NCBI GenBank assembly: GCA_964016885.1
Contig: OZ024742.1
Coordinates: 196,416,001 to 196,480,000 of the forward strand
Source: Eledone cirrhosa
Lineage: Eukaryota
Direction: 5' to 3'
DNA: 64,000 nt
The translations under genes were made by a program, and so were the position numbers. Positions 38,331-53,300 of the stretch are shown in pieces. The number at the start of each line of letters is the position of its first letter. Positions within the stretch are counted from its first letter, which is position 1. The notes beneath the pieces are model-generated. The model saw only the letters and a list, made by a program, of their open reading frames with translations. It ran no database searches and was not told the DNA's origin.

Positions 38331-39044
38331 GGTCAATATTGATTTGTAAGACTTGTAGCAGTAAACTCAGTAGGGATAAGGAAATACAAGTTGTTAAGAG
38401 GGTTCAGTATGGATTTACAAAATCCTTAGGATCCCTCAAAACCACAGGGTCATCCTGAAACAGCAACCCATGTCTTTGCTATTGACACAGAAACAAGAGC
38501 TATTGAACTGGCAGTGCATGGCAAAAACCCCAGTTTCTGTAGCAGCTGAAACCATATAACCCTTTTGTTACCATAATTCTAATGAAAGTCTCTGGGCATA
38601 GTTTACAAATAATTTTGAAAATAATCAAGTATTTTGAATGATTTAGTAATATCCTCTCAGTTCTCAAATAATTGTTGTTGCCCCCGCACTTTTTAATTAC
38701 ACCTCCCGCTCTTATTCCAACATCTCCACACACACTTATTAAATTTTACTAATCTATCTCTGGTGAAATTTTATTTTAAATGGTGGCATTACTGCAACAA
38801 TTAATGTTGTGACCAATTTTGGTCTTGTGCCAAAAGTAGAAACAATTACTGCAACAATTAATTTTCTTTCTGCATTCAAAAACATTATACATGACAATCC
38901 ATAAGTTATAAAATAAATAGAATGGGTTGGGGCCTCAATATGTAAACTAAACGACTAATTCTGGGGTTTTTTTTTAAATCAATGAAGACAACCTTGAAAA
39001 ATCTTTAGATAAATATAAACTCTTCAACACATTTGTTACCATAA

Positions 39045-41537
39045 TCATACAACCACTAACATCACCTCCACCACCACAACAACCAACACCAATACCACAG
39101 TCACAACCACTACCACAACCATCACCACTACCTCCACCAACACCACAATCACAACCACCACCACCACCACTACAACCATCACCACTACCTCCACAATCAT
39201 CACCACTACTTCCACCACCACCACCAACACGACAGTCACCACCACCACCACAACCACTACCACTACCTCCACCACCACCAACACCACAATCACAACCACC
39301 ACCACCACCAATACAACAATCACCACTACCTCAACCACCATCACCACTACCTCCACCACCACCACACCATCACCACCACCACCACCACAAACAACCATCA
39401 CCACTACATCTACCACCACACCATCACCGCCACCACCACCACAACCATCACCACTACCTCTACCACTACACCATCGCCACTACCATCACCACAACCATCA
39501 CCACAACCTCCACCACCACAACCATCACCACTACTTCCACCACCGACAACACCACAGTCACAACCACCACCAACACCACAGTCTCAACCACCAACATCAC
39601 CTCCACCACACAACAACCACCACCACCACTACTATTTCCATCCCATCACCCTACCACCACTACTATTATCCTACCACCACAACTCTCACCCTACCACCAC
39701 TACTACTCCAACCCTACCACCACTACTACTCCAACCCTACCACCACTACCGTTCCTTAACCACTACTCCCACACCACCACCACTACCACTACCACAACTC
39801 TCACCCTACCACCACTACCGTTCCTTAACCACTACACCCACACCACCACCACAACCACAACCACCACTGCCACCACCACCACCACCACCACTACCACCAC
39901 CACTACCACCACCACTACCACCACCACCACTACCACCACCACTACCTCCACCACTACCACCACCACTACCACCACCACCACTACCTCCACCACTACCACC
40001 ACCACTACCACCACCACCACTACCACCACCACTACCACCACTACCACCACCACCACTACCACCACCACTACCACCGCCATTACCACCACCACTACCACCA
40101 CCACTACCACCACCACTACCACCACTACTACCACCACTACCACCAGCACGACCACTACCACCACCGCTACAATCACCACCACCGCCACCATCACCACCAC
40201 TATCACCACCACTACCACCAGCACTACTACCACCACCACCACCACCACTACCGCCACCACTACCACCACCACCACACCACCACTACCACCACCACTACCC
40301 CCACCACTCCCACCAAAACCACCACTATTCCCATCTAACGATTACTACTTCCACCCCACCACCACCACTACCACCACTAATACCACCACTACTACCACCA
40401 CCACACTACCACCACCATCACCACCACTACCACCACCACTACCACCACCACTACCACCACTATTCCCATCTAACGATTACTACTTCCACCCCACCACCAC
40501 CACTACCACCACCACCACCACCACTACCACTACCACCACTACCACCACCACCACTACCACCACCACCACCATTACCACTACCACTACTACCACCACCACC
40601 ACCACCACCACTACCACTACCACCACCACTACCACCACCACTATTCCCATCTAACCATTACTACTTCCACCCCACCACCACCACCACTACCACTACCACC
40701 ACCACCACCACTATTCCCATCTAACCATTACTACTCCCCCCCCCACCACCACTACCACTACCACCACCACCACCACCACTACCACTACCACCACCACCAC
40801 TACCACCACCACTATTCCCATCTAACCATTACTACTTCCACCCCACCACCACCACTACCACCCCTACTACAACCACTACTACCACCACCACCACTACCAC
40901 CACCACCACCACCACCACCACCACCACTACCACCACTATTCCCATCTAACCATTACTACTTCCACCCCACCACCACCACTACCACCACCACCACCACCAC
41001 CCCACCACCACCACTACCACCCCTACTACAACCACTACTACCACCACCACCACTACCACCACCACCACCACCACCACCACTACCACCACCACTACCACCA
41101 CTATTCCCATCTAACCATTACTACTTCCACCCCACCACCACCACTACCACCACCACCACCACCACCACCACCACTACCACTACCACCACTACTACCACCA
41201 CCACTACCACCACCACCACCACCACCACCACCACCACTACCACTGCCACCACCACCACCACCACTACAACTACCACGACCATTACCACCACCACCACCAC
41301 CACCACCACCACCACCACCACCACCATTACCATCACTGCTACCACCAACCACTACCACCACTACCACCACCGCCACTACCACCACCACTACCACTACCAC
41401 TACCACCACCACCGCCACTACCACCACCACTACCACCACCACTACCACTATTCCTATCTAACCATTACTACTTCCACCCCACCACCACCACCACCACCAC
41501 CACCACCACCACTACCACCCCACCACCACCACCACCT
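39045..41537. repeat. (CAC/TAC)n array, 2.5 kb, punctuated by a recurrent spacer
   Basis: Spacer ctattcccatctaaccattactacttccacccc recurs about 8 times between 40325 and 41480. Confidence 0.95.
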
Positions 41538-41749
41538 TCATTGTTTGGTCCAATAATCACCAACAAATAATTTTTCCAGATCCCTCTAAATTCTTCACAT
41601 AGCCAACCCTTTCTGACAAAGGTTCTAGTAGGGGTTAACATTAACCCCCTCTCTCCTCCACCACCTCCTTAGCACTGAAGTTCCTCTCACCTGAAAACCT
41701 ATTCACCCTTTTTACTAATTACAAATACACCTTTCACTAAATGACCACC

Positions 41750-42615
41750 CACAGACATATATACCTATATACTCACATACACACACATATACATACATAC
41801 ATACTTACACACTCATACACACACATTCACAGACACAGACACATATACCTATATACTCACATACACACGCATATACATACATACATACTCACACACACAT
41901 TCACAGACACAGACACATATACCTATATACTCACATACACACACATATACATACATACATACTCACACACACATACACACACATTCACAGACACAGACAC
42001 ATATACCTATATACTCACATACACACGCATATACATACATACATACTCACACACACATACACACACATTCACAGACACAGACATATATACCTATATACTC
42101 ACATACACACGCATATATATACATACATACTCACACACACATTCACAGACACAGACATATATACCTATATACTCACATACACACGCATATACATACATAC
42201 ATACTCACACACACATACACACACATTCACAGACACAGACATATATACCTATATACTCACATACACACGCATATATATACATACATACTCACACACACAT
42301 ACACACACATTCACAGACACAGACATATATACCTATATACTCACATACACACGCATATATATACATACATACTCACACATACACACATTCACAGACACAG
42401 ACATATATACCTATATACTCACATACACACGCATATATATACATACATACTCACACACACATACACACACATTCACAGACACAGACACATATACCTATAT
42501 ACTCACATACACACGCATATATATACATACATACTCACACACACATACACACATTCACAGACACAGACATATATACCTATATACTCACATACACACACAT
42601 ATATATACATACATA

Positions 42616-42648
<33 letters not shown>

Positions 42649-43997
42649 TCACAGACACAGACATATATACCTATATACTCACATACACACGCATATATAT
42701 ACATACATACTCACACACACATACACACATTCACAGACACAGACATATATACCTATATACTCACATACACACGCATATATATACATACATACTCACACAC
42801 ACACACACACACATTCACAGACACAGACACATATACCTATATACTCACATACACACGCATATATATACATACATACTCACACACACATACACACACATTC
42901 ACAGACACAGACACATATACCTATATACTCACATACACACACATATATATACATACATACTCACACACACACACACACACATTCACAGACACAGACACAT
43001 ATACCTATATACTCACATACACACACATATACATACATACATACTCACACACACATACACACACATTCACAGACACAGACATATATACCTATATACTCAC
43101 ATACACACGCATATATATACATACATACTCACACACACATACACACACATTCACAGACACAGACACATATACCTATATACTCACATACACACACATATAT
43201 ATACATACATACTCACACACACATACACACACATTCACAGACACAGACACATATACCTATATACACACATACACACATATACATACATACATACTCACAC
43301 ACACACACAGACACATGCATATACATACATGTTCACACACTCACAGACACATGTACATCTACTCACAGACACATGTACATATATACTCACACATACACAT
43401 ACATATATACATACATGTTCACACACACATACACCTACTCACAGACAGATATACATATATACACACATACACACACACATATATACATTCATACTCACAC
43501 ACATACACACACTCTTCTCCACACACACAAACTTACCCAAACACTCACACCTGCTCATACACATATGCACACACACACACACTTTCACACACCCACTTGT
43601 ACACAGACTCACACATCTGTGGCAGCTGAACACCTACACATACACCCACTCAGACGCATATACATATATAAGATACTCACACATACACATACATATATAC
43701 ATACATACTCACAAACATACACACATATGCACACTCTTCCCCACACACACACTTTCATAAATGCATACATGCTCACACACACTTTCACACACCTGCGGCA
43801 GTTGAACACCTACACCTACACATACACCCACTCACAGACACATATACATATATACTCACACATACACATACATATATATATATATATATATACATACACA
43901 TGCACACCCATGCGTTCATAAATACATACATGCTCATGCACATTTTCACGCACCCACATGTACACACACACTCTCACACACACACACGCACCCACAT

Positions 43998-44045
<48 letters not shown>
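41750..44045. repeat. Complex CA/TA satellite (~60-70-bp unit to ~43300, then degenerate)
   Basis: Unit cattcacagacacagacatatatacctatatactcacatacacacgcatatatatacatacatactcacacaca. Confidence 0.95.
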
Positions 44046-44049
<4 letters not shown>

Positions 44050-44656
44050 TTATATATTCAATATATGTTTAAAAGAATGTAAATCTGTCTTGACTTCTGG
44101 CAACATATATGCATTGTTAACTGAAATAAGCTGTAGGTGGTTACAAATCTCCTTTACTCTGGTAACCACAATAATGTGAGTAGCTGCAACAACAAGAAAG
44201 AAAACAGCAGCAATGTGAAACCACAATAATAGCAGCAATAATAACTGCTACGAAAACAAAAGCGACAGCAACAATAATGGAAGCAGCAGCAATAGTAACA
44301 GCAAGACAAGCAGCGGTAGAAATCTGCTAAACAACGGAACAAACTCCCACCAAAAATATCATTTCCCTTTCTTCCCTCGAAAGAGGAATAAGAAAAACAA
44401 ATGAAAAAATTGGTCACCTAAACCACAGAGCTGTGCTAGTTGAAGGAATGGGTTCATCCACACATCCAGTCCATAACTGGCAAAACTAAAACTTCAACTT
44501 TCAACTGCCACAACAACCACAAAAAATGAAAGAAAAGCAACAACAACCAAACACACACAAACTACATCAACTTCACTGTTGTCAACAAATATAACATGGA
44601 GTTGGTGGCAGAGTTTTAAAAAGAAAATGAAGAAAATAATAACAAGAAAAGAGAAA

Positions 44657-44876
44657 GAGCATTTAAACCGGCCATATCCGGCCAGAATTCTCTCACCTCT
44701 TTCTGTTCAAACCAGCAATAATTGGCCTCTCATACTTACTTTAAGGTATTGTTCTCAAAATAAGTAATATAAAAATCTCATAGATTTGATATCATGTGAG
44801 ATAATTATGTGCGGTAAAGCCTTTTCTGTGAAAATACAATAGTAAATATAGAGTAATGTAAATGCTAAAGGGTTAA
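44657..44876 (+). mobile_element. piggyBac-like MITE copy
   Basis: Homologous to 19849-20075; right end taaatgctaaaggg-TTAA. Confidence 0.8.
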
Positions 44877-45059
44877 GAAGACTTTCCCCAAACTACTGAA
44901 TTATGTATGGGATTTACATAAAAGCCCCAAAACACATTTATAGGGAACTCACAGAGAGATTCTCAAGTGGTGGAAGAGAGGAGTTAGAACAGAATTGATA
45001 AAAGATTTTTAAACAAGCTTTTCAGAGATTATTCTTTAACTTTTGGAAAAACTAATTAC

Positions 45060-48050
45060 CTTGTCCTTTAACAGGAGCAAGGTAAGGGATCTCTTTCACT
45101 CTCAACTTTCTGACCAGCATGGCCTTACTAAGAACAGACAGTATAAATGCACTTGGCCTGAGATCACCTTGAAAATAAAGTCGCTTGCTTAACAACTTTA
45201 AATCACAAGATATAGATATGGTAGCCATCAATGAGACCAGAACTTCCAAGCCACACATACTCATACTCTCTTTTGACAACTATCAACTATAAGTATATCT
45301 TGGACTGAACTGAGAGGTGGAGTGGTAGTGATAGTTCAGAAAAGTTTTGATTTTGAGGAATAGATGATTTTGCTGGACCTGATTAATAAGTCAGTGGTCC
45401 TGGACATGAACAACAGTGAATGATGTGCCTTCAGACATCTAAAAACATTCTTAAGAACATCTCACTCTTTAGTATTACAGACTGGAGTGGCATCTTAGAC
45501 ACATTGTTGGATTGTGTGAGATTAGCCAATAGGAAAGCAGGGTGCAATAGCCTGTAAATCTGCTCAGACATTTCCAAAACGTACTGACTGGATTTCCTAA
45601 ATGTGCCAATATGGACATAATGCAACCTTATCGGATTGTCCAGATCATATCTAGATGGGATATTTGTTAAGTCAGTTGACAGGAATATTGAAGGATGTCC
45701 ACAATTTCAACTAGTCAACTACACAACTGAACACATCTTTCTCAACAATTAAAGTCTACAGAAACAGGATTAGCAACCTAGTTAAGCGGAAAATAATTGG
45801 GGCAATTGTCAACAACTAGTCATGGGGTGCTCTGAAGAGAATGATTAGAATAGAATCAATAAGGTTTAGTAAAGAAATAGCACTAGAAAAAATAAATTTA
45901 AGCGGTAACTAGTAAGCAAACCAGAAGTGATTAGGAAAAACTTTGCAACAGATATGCTAGCAGTGAAAATGGTCCTCTACCATTTCTTTAATGAAAACAT
46001 GAAGGTTGCATTGTCAGAGCTAAGAATGAAAGATATTCAATGTGCCAGAGCAGAAAAGGCATGATCATGATGATGATGATGATCATCATCATCATCGTTT
46101 AACGTCCATATTCCACGCTTGCATGAGTTTGGACGGGAGTTTTCCCACTTGAGGCAAGAGTGGTTGTCTTGCTCGCATAGGACTGTCTGGCGGGTTTTCT
46201 ACGGCTGGATGCCCTTCCTAACACCAACCATGTTTACAGTGTGGAACTGGGAGGTTTTTACCGTGTTACCTACATGGCTACATTACAGCGTGGACTGTGT
46301 TTTTTTTTGTCGTGACACCTACACGACCTCATTTGTTTCGGCCTGGATGTTGTGGCACCAACATAACTTTACATTGAAAGGGGCGGTGTGGATGGGGTGG
46401 GGGTAGTGGGACGGGGGGTGTATTTTGTTAGAGGTGCCTACTGACTGTAGTAGGTTTTACTTTGTATTTAGGTAAGGCGGGTCTTCTCTATTACTGAGTA
46501 CCGCCAAAGATCTCAGTCCAGTGACATTGTCTTGGAGAGGTGTAAGTGTGTGAGGTCGGAATTTATCAAGTCGTCCCAGATTTTTCTGGGTCTGCCTACT
46601 CCGTGGCTACCATCTATCTTTATTGCTCTGCACTTTGTTATACAGCTGTTGTCTTTCATGCACATCACGTGACCATACCAACGTAGCCTTCTCTCGAGTA
46701 AACAACATCTGATCCCTCTTATTTCTAATTTTTCCCTTAGTTCGTTAATGCTTTGCCGTTCACGTATATTACTATTACACATCCAGCGTAGCATGCAAGC
46801 TTCGTTCCTCTCTAGTCTGCGTATATCCTCTGCACACAATGCCCAGGTCTCACTGCCATGCAACATTGCTGTTCATATGCAGGCATCATACAGCCTGCCT
46901 TTCATTGTTACAACAAAACTACAGTTAGGTCTTTGGGTGCCTACTGCTTGATTCCAAGTGGGTGTTTATTCAACTGGTCAGGGAGAGCAATGGGCTGAGA
47001 ACTGTAGGGTTATTTAGTGCCTACCTTAACAGCTAACCACATCTCTCAGCAGATGATGTGAGGTGTTGTCAAGAGCTGATAACAACAGCTGAAATATGGA
47101 TGGTGGTAAGTAGTTGCATGAAGGGACAGGTTTGGATGTTCTGCCCTATGAGGTTTACATATATATATATATACTAGACTGTTCATTGACATCATAAAAG
47201 ACATCTGTTGCAACTGGCAGCAGACTGGGAGAATTCCCAGTTCTGTGAGCTGGAGGCTGTTAGTGCGACTGAGAAATGATGTGAACACAGGGGATGTAAC
47301 AGGACATTTCCTGTCCATAACTCTGCTAAATGCAGAGTTTAAGATTTTGGTCAACAGTAAAAAGGTTGGCACTTGTCATCAGTAGTTTCATCAGAAAATC
47401 ACAGACATGTGCAAGCCTCAACCGATCTATCCATAACAACCTCCATCTTATGTGATACATCCTAGAGATCATAGGTAATAAACCTTAATTTTATGGGACT
47501 CAGATCAATTTGAAGCAACTGAAAGCTTTCAATAGAGTTGACCATCAGTACCTAGTGGCAATTCTTAGGGCAGATATTTTTAGTCATGTTTTCAAAAGTT
47601 GGAACGGTTCAATATACAGCAAGATCTACTCAATCCATAAAAATGTTCTCTGTCATCCCCTCTGTATACTCTGGTTCTCGAACCACTACTGCATAAAATT
47701 GAGTTGCTGAAGCACATTCAACACAAACTGAGATATAACAGGGATGTGTCGACATATGCAGATGACGTATCCATAATGGTGTTGGACACCAATGAAATCA
47801 AGTGGTTAGCATTGTTTTAAAATAACACAAGGCAGAGATAAGAGAAAAAAATATCAACCTGGACAAGTCAGTGGGCTTGCAGCTTGGTACCTGGTGAAAC
47901 AGGTATCCATGCCATTGGACAGCATTGTGAGGTACTGGACAGATGAATCAGTTATGTTGCTTTGAGTTCAGATAGAAACTAAGTTGAGGTTATGAGCTAG
48001 GTAGCCAATCCTACCTAGAAATAGGTGAGAAAACTATCTCTGAAAGGTTG
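45060..48050 (+). mobile_element. Heavily decayed Tx1/L1-clade LINE ORF2, split by an RTE
   Basis: Endonuclease remnants (DMVAINETR), ITLLNAEFKIL, KAFNRVDHQYL and YADDV (~47755); colinear with 52280-54020. Confidence 0.8.
46062..46906 (-). mobile_element. 5'-truncated RTE LINE, young subfamily
   Basis: MLHGSETWALCAEDIRRLERNE...GRPRKIW; highly similar to 20570-21505. Confidence 0.93.
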
Positions 48051-48052
48051 GT

Positions 48053-48975
48053 TAATAATAATAATAAAATAATTGTGTACAGTGCTCTGGTGCACTACAA
48101 CTCATCAAAGGTGCATGTAGAGTACATAGAATAATTGTTTCTACTTTTGGCACAAGGCTAGCAATTACCCAGTGCATTACTGGAACTTTATTTTATCGAC
48201 CCTGTAAGGATGAAAGGCAACGTTAACCTTGGCGGGATTTGAACTCAGAATGGAAAGGGCCGTAACTCTATGCATCAAAGCATGGCGTCCGACCCTCTAC
48301 CAATACTGCCAATCCACCACCAGAGTACGTAGAATTATGTACAAATGTCAGGAAAGAGAACAGTGTATGAGTCATGATATACATGTGTGTATGTGTATGG
48401 AGGGGGAATATCAGGTGCAGTGGTGGTGAATTTCAGGAAGCATGGAGGTTTTAAAGGATTCAGTGTCTCAACAGCTAATAACTGATGTAGGTAGTTTGTT
48501 CCATGCTTCAGCAACTCTGAGAGTGAAAAAATATTTCCAAAAGTCATGGGAGCTGTGCTGTTTTCTCACTTTGTTGGCATGCCCACGGGTGTTAGACACA
48601 TGGAAATCAAAAAGGTGCCCAGGGTTGTTGTTGGCAACATGGTTAATAATTTTGTGGGTGTTTACCAAGTCAGTTGCTAGACATCGGAGCTTCAATATAT
48701 CCATGCCCAGGAAGTATGATGGTACACTTGTCCACAGCCAGCTTGGGTTGCAAGTCCATGAGCCATTGCTGCATTGTGTCGAGTTCTGACTGCAGGAAAG
48801 ATCTATAGTGTTCAGGATCTGTCCTTTTTATCTCAAGGTACAGCTTGATGTCATCTGCATACTTCAGCACTGTGGCATTCTTTATGTTGGCATCTATGTC
48901 ATTAATATATGCAACAAACAAAAGGGGACCAAGGACAGATCCTGCGGTACACCAGATGACATCTCAAACATATAC
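48053..48975 (-). mobile_element. CR1-type LINE 3' fragment with a SINE inserted at 48135-48320
   Basis: GVPQDLSL/GPLLFVAYINDID..LKYADDIKLY, NTRGH, FFTLRVAEAWNKLP. SINE flanked by a TSD: agagtacatagaat (48119-48132) / agagtacgtagaat (48322-48335). Confidence 0.88.
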
Positions 48976-49519
48976 TCTCGGGTCTCAAATAATGCCCCTC
49001 TGCTTAATTTTTCAGATTCCCCTACCCCTCCCCACTGTTATTCCAACCCCCACCCCCATTTTGCTATTCTATGTCTGGTGAAATTTTATTTTAATTTTCT
49101 TTATACATTAAAAAACATTATACATGATAAACAAAGAACATTACTAGAAATCCCATACATTATAAAATACCTCACCCTTGTTTCTGTGTGACAGGATTGC
49201 AGCATCTTCTCTTTTGTTTCCTGTGGAAGGAACACATGAACTGATGATTGTGAGCCAAACACTATAACCACTAAGCCATGCCTCTTCACATATACAAGCA
49301 TACACAAACACACATACGGACATATACATAAACACACATATACATACAAATACATACATACACACACACACTCACAGATATACACACTCACAGATATACA
49401 CAAATACATATATACATACAGATACACAAATACATGCAAACACATACACACACATGATCACCACCACCACCCCAACAACAACAACAACAGTATTAGCTGG
49501 GTGTGTTCCTAATACACCC

Positions 49520-49550
<31 letters not shown>

Positions 49551-49638
49551 CACATATGGGTTTATGTGTACATATATATCTACATTTGTACACATAAACC
49601 CACATATGTGTACATTTGTATATACATATATATATGTA

Positions 49639-49717
<79 letters not shown>

Positions 49718-50399
49718 CATATGTACACATAAACCCACATAGATACATATATATATACACATATGTAAACACACACACATATATATACACACGCACACAA
49801 TAGAAAAGTAGTTTGACCACTTTGAACAATAACGACAATAAATTGATATAGAAGTTCTCAGTAACACAAATCAATATTATTTATTGATCTGTGGATGATA
49901 TCTATTCTATTACTACTTCTACTACGTCTCTAGAATTTCTCTCCTTTTCTCTCCCCCCCCCCCCCCTCCCACTCTCTCTCTCTTTCTGTCTTTATATATC
50001 ATCATCATCTAAAGTCTGTTTTTTCATGGTTGCATGTGTGGGTATATGTGTGTATATGTATATATATATATATGATTGTATGTATGTTTATAAATAGATA
50101 CATACATATATATATATAAGACGAACAGACCTTCAAAACTTAATTTTAAATTTTTTATTTTTTATTCTTTTTAATTCTTTTTAATTCTTTTTAATTGTAA
50201 TATTCAATATTTGTTAAGTTGGTTTACACTGATAGATCAAAACACAGTTATATTTTATATATTTTATATACATTATAAACTCTTTTTTTTTTAAATTGTC
50301 CCTATTGCTTTTAAAATAATGTCTCTTTGACGGATCAAAGAATAAAAAAAGAAAAACAGAACCTTTAGATATATTTTCCGTGCTGTTTCCAATTCCACT

Positions 50400-53300
50400 T
50401 TCTCAAAACTACTGACCTCGGAGACAGGCCTGGGGCACCACATCTTGCTTACATACACTCCCACACTCAGAGTACATCTCTTTACCTATCTACCTCTCAC
50501 CACCTCATTGAAAGACATCGAAAATGTCGTCAGTTTTGAAAACACGATATCAGATGTTGATTGTAACATCAACACTAACACAAACACCAATAACATGCAA
50601 AATATAAACAACACCAACCAGAACAACAACAACAATAATGACAACAAGAATGACAACAGCAACAATGATAACAACAACACCACCAACAACAACAGCAACA
50701 ATGATAACAACAACACCACCAACAACAACAACAGCAACACGAACAACTCCACGAACAAGGAAAAGATTTCCTTTGCTCAAACCGTCCAAAAGACGGAACT
50801 GTTCACATACCTTGACATTTCCAATGCTAGGGGAATGTTAAGTGATGCAAAACAGTACGTAACTTTTGGTGAGAGTGGTGCTTTCAGCATCACTTCTCCT
50901 CAACAGTTACGCAGAGAAACTGTTCTAAAAACAGTAATTTTTTAGGACGGTTTCAAATGTGTCAAAAAAACCAGTTCAATTCTCCCAAAACGATATTGAA
51001 CTGGTTCTGAAGAATTCCATGAAGGATATTGCCTTCATCCAAAAAGGGAAACTTTTGGGAAGCATTTCGGTGTTGTTGAAAGACCAATTAACAGCACAAA
51101 AATATTCTGTATCGCCGAATGTGTCCCCCCTTTACACCTTTTTCCCCACATATATGGGAAAAAGAACACAAAAAATAAAAATTTCGAACATTGCACCAAG
51201 TGTAAACGTCTGGTGGATTCTAACTGGCTTCATCGATTTTGACGAAGACACCATCTTTTCGGTGGGAAAGTCGTCCAGAGGCACATTCAATGGTACAAGC
51301 ATGGAAGTGCTGGTCCAAATGAGGCCAGAACGGATACCTAAAATACCCAACGTGTGCCTCTGGATAGAATTTCACACATAAACATTTCTGTTGAGGGTAG
51401 GCAGCTTCATGTTACCACTGTTTAAGCAGTGGTCACCTGACGGCTTACTGTCCTCAATTAACTAAAAAAAAAAAAGAGGCACTACTGCCAACACCCAAAA
51501 CAACAACACAACCACCACCACCACCACAACAACAACAACACACAAACACAACCAAAACAAGAACAACAAACCAACCTGCAAGCACAGTCCCACCCAACCC
51601 CACTCCACCTAAAACCACTGCAAAAACACCCACAAACACAACAGCTCCCCAAAACATACCCCTTCCAAATAACACAGACACCACAATGGACGAGGCCCCC
51701 ACATCATCACCAAATGATGATGAGGGAGAGCCTCTCCATTCGAAAAGAAAAAGAAAAGACACCACAAGAACAAAAAAGCAACAAAAATCACTACAAACAT
51801 ACAACCACCAACACAAACAACACAAACATTACAAACAAAAACCCCCCGTCCCGAAAACAAAACCACGACATCACTCCAAACACAAACACCTACAACAAAA
51901 CGAAAGCTCCCACAAGAACAACAGACAAAAACCATCGCAACACAACAAGAACATTACACATACATAAACAGTAAAAACAAAACTTTAATGGAGGTCATCT
52001 CCAACGACCCTTCAGTGAAAACCGAAGGGAAAACTTTTTCGAACTGTGTAGACAAACCTAATTTAAAGATGATTAGGGTCCCTAAGGACACCTATAAGTC
52101 TTTAAAGGAAAACTTTCCTAAGTACGTGGGTAATCCTTGTGTTAAACCCATTAACCGCGTCCTTTTAAAAAGTCCCCCCTCACACCAGACCCCCCCCCCC
52201 CCCCACCAAACATCTCCCCCCCGGAAACCACCACCCACCCAGACAACCCCTCTAACACCCCCATGGAAACCGTGCGGCCTGGTGGTCGCATATGCCCCAT
52301 CCGGAACACCGCGGCCAGACTTCTTCAAACATCTAGAGACTTTTCTGGGAACGTCCCGCTCCTTGCTTTTAGTGGGGGACTGGAATGGAATCCTAGATGC
52401 ACGTTGGGACTATGTGGGAGCATGTCCCGATAAAGTGGGGTGTAACAGCCTCAAACAGTTAATCGGCCGATTTGACCTGGCCGATAGATATCAACTAGAT
52501 TTTCCGACTGTGCCACTGTGGACGTGGACTAATCTTAGCGGAACATCTAGATCGTACCTAGATTGGGTTCTAGTTAGAAATAAGGATAGGGTCATGTTAA
52601 GCTGTCCACAAATGTTCATGGTTGCCTATTCAGATCACAAACTAGTGACCTGCATGGTCAACCTTGATAGTACCCATAGACAAGGACCCGGCTACTGGAA
52701 GCTGAACTTGTCGTTACCAACATGCAAAGCCTACAGTAGACGGATTAGCACTTTAGTTAAACAGCACTTGACAGGGGCCATTGTCAACAACAGATGGTGG
52801 TACTCTCTCAAGAGGCAGTTAGATTAGACTCGTTAGTTTTTAGTAAAGAATTAGCATTAGATAGAAATAGAACTGAGAAGTAACTGGTAGATAAAGTAGA
52901 AGAGGCAATTAGAAGTGGCAACGTAGCCAGCATGCTAGCAACGAGAACGGCCTTCGACCAGTTCTTCGACCAGTTCTTCGACGCAAAGCACGAGGGCTGC
53001 ATTGTCAGAAGCAAAATACGTGCTCTGGGAAACGAGGGAGCCAAAGCTGTTAGCTGGGCCCGACTGACGGAGGCAAAAAGTGGCAACAAGTCCATGATTC
53101 GGTCTTTGAAGGACCAAAACGGATGCGTGATACATGAACCAAAGCATATGTGTGCGGCCTTTCAGCAGCACATTGCTCAACTGTTCGGGCAGAGCGGAGC
53201 GCCGGGAATGGCTATGGATTTCGGTCCATACCTCGACGGTCTACCGCGACTCTCGAACAGTGAGGCAAAGTTCGTGAAAGGCCGATTTCAGCCGCTGAGA

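Noticed and set aside
39045-41537. Poly-Val/Gly/Thr ORFs or telomere-like repeat
   Set aside because: Trinucleotide microsatellite; no TTAGGG arrays.
41741-43921. 726-aa His/Thr/Tyr/Ile-rich ORF
   Set aside because: Translation of a CA/TA satellite that rarely generates stops.
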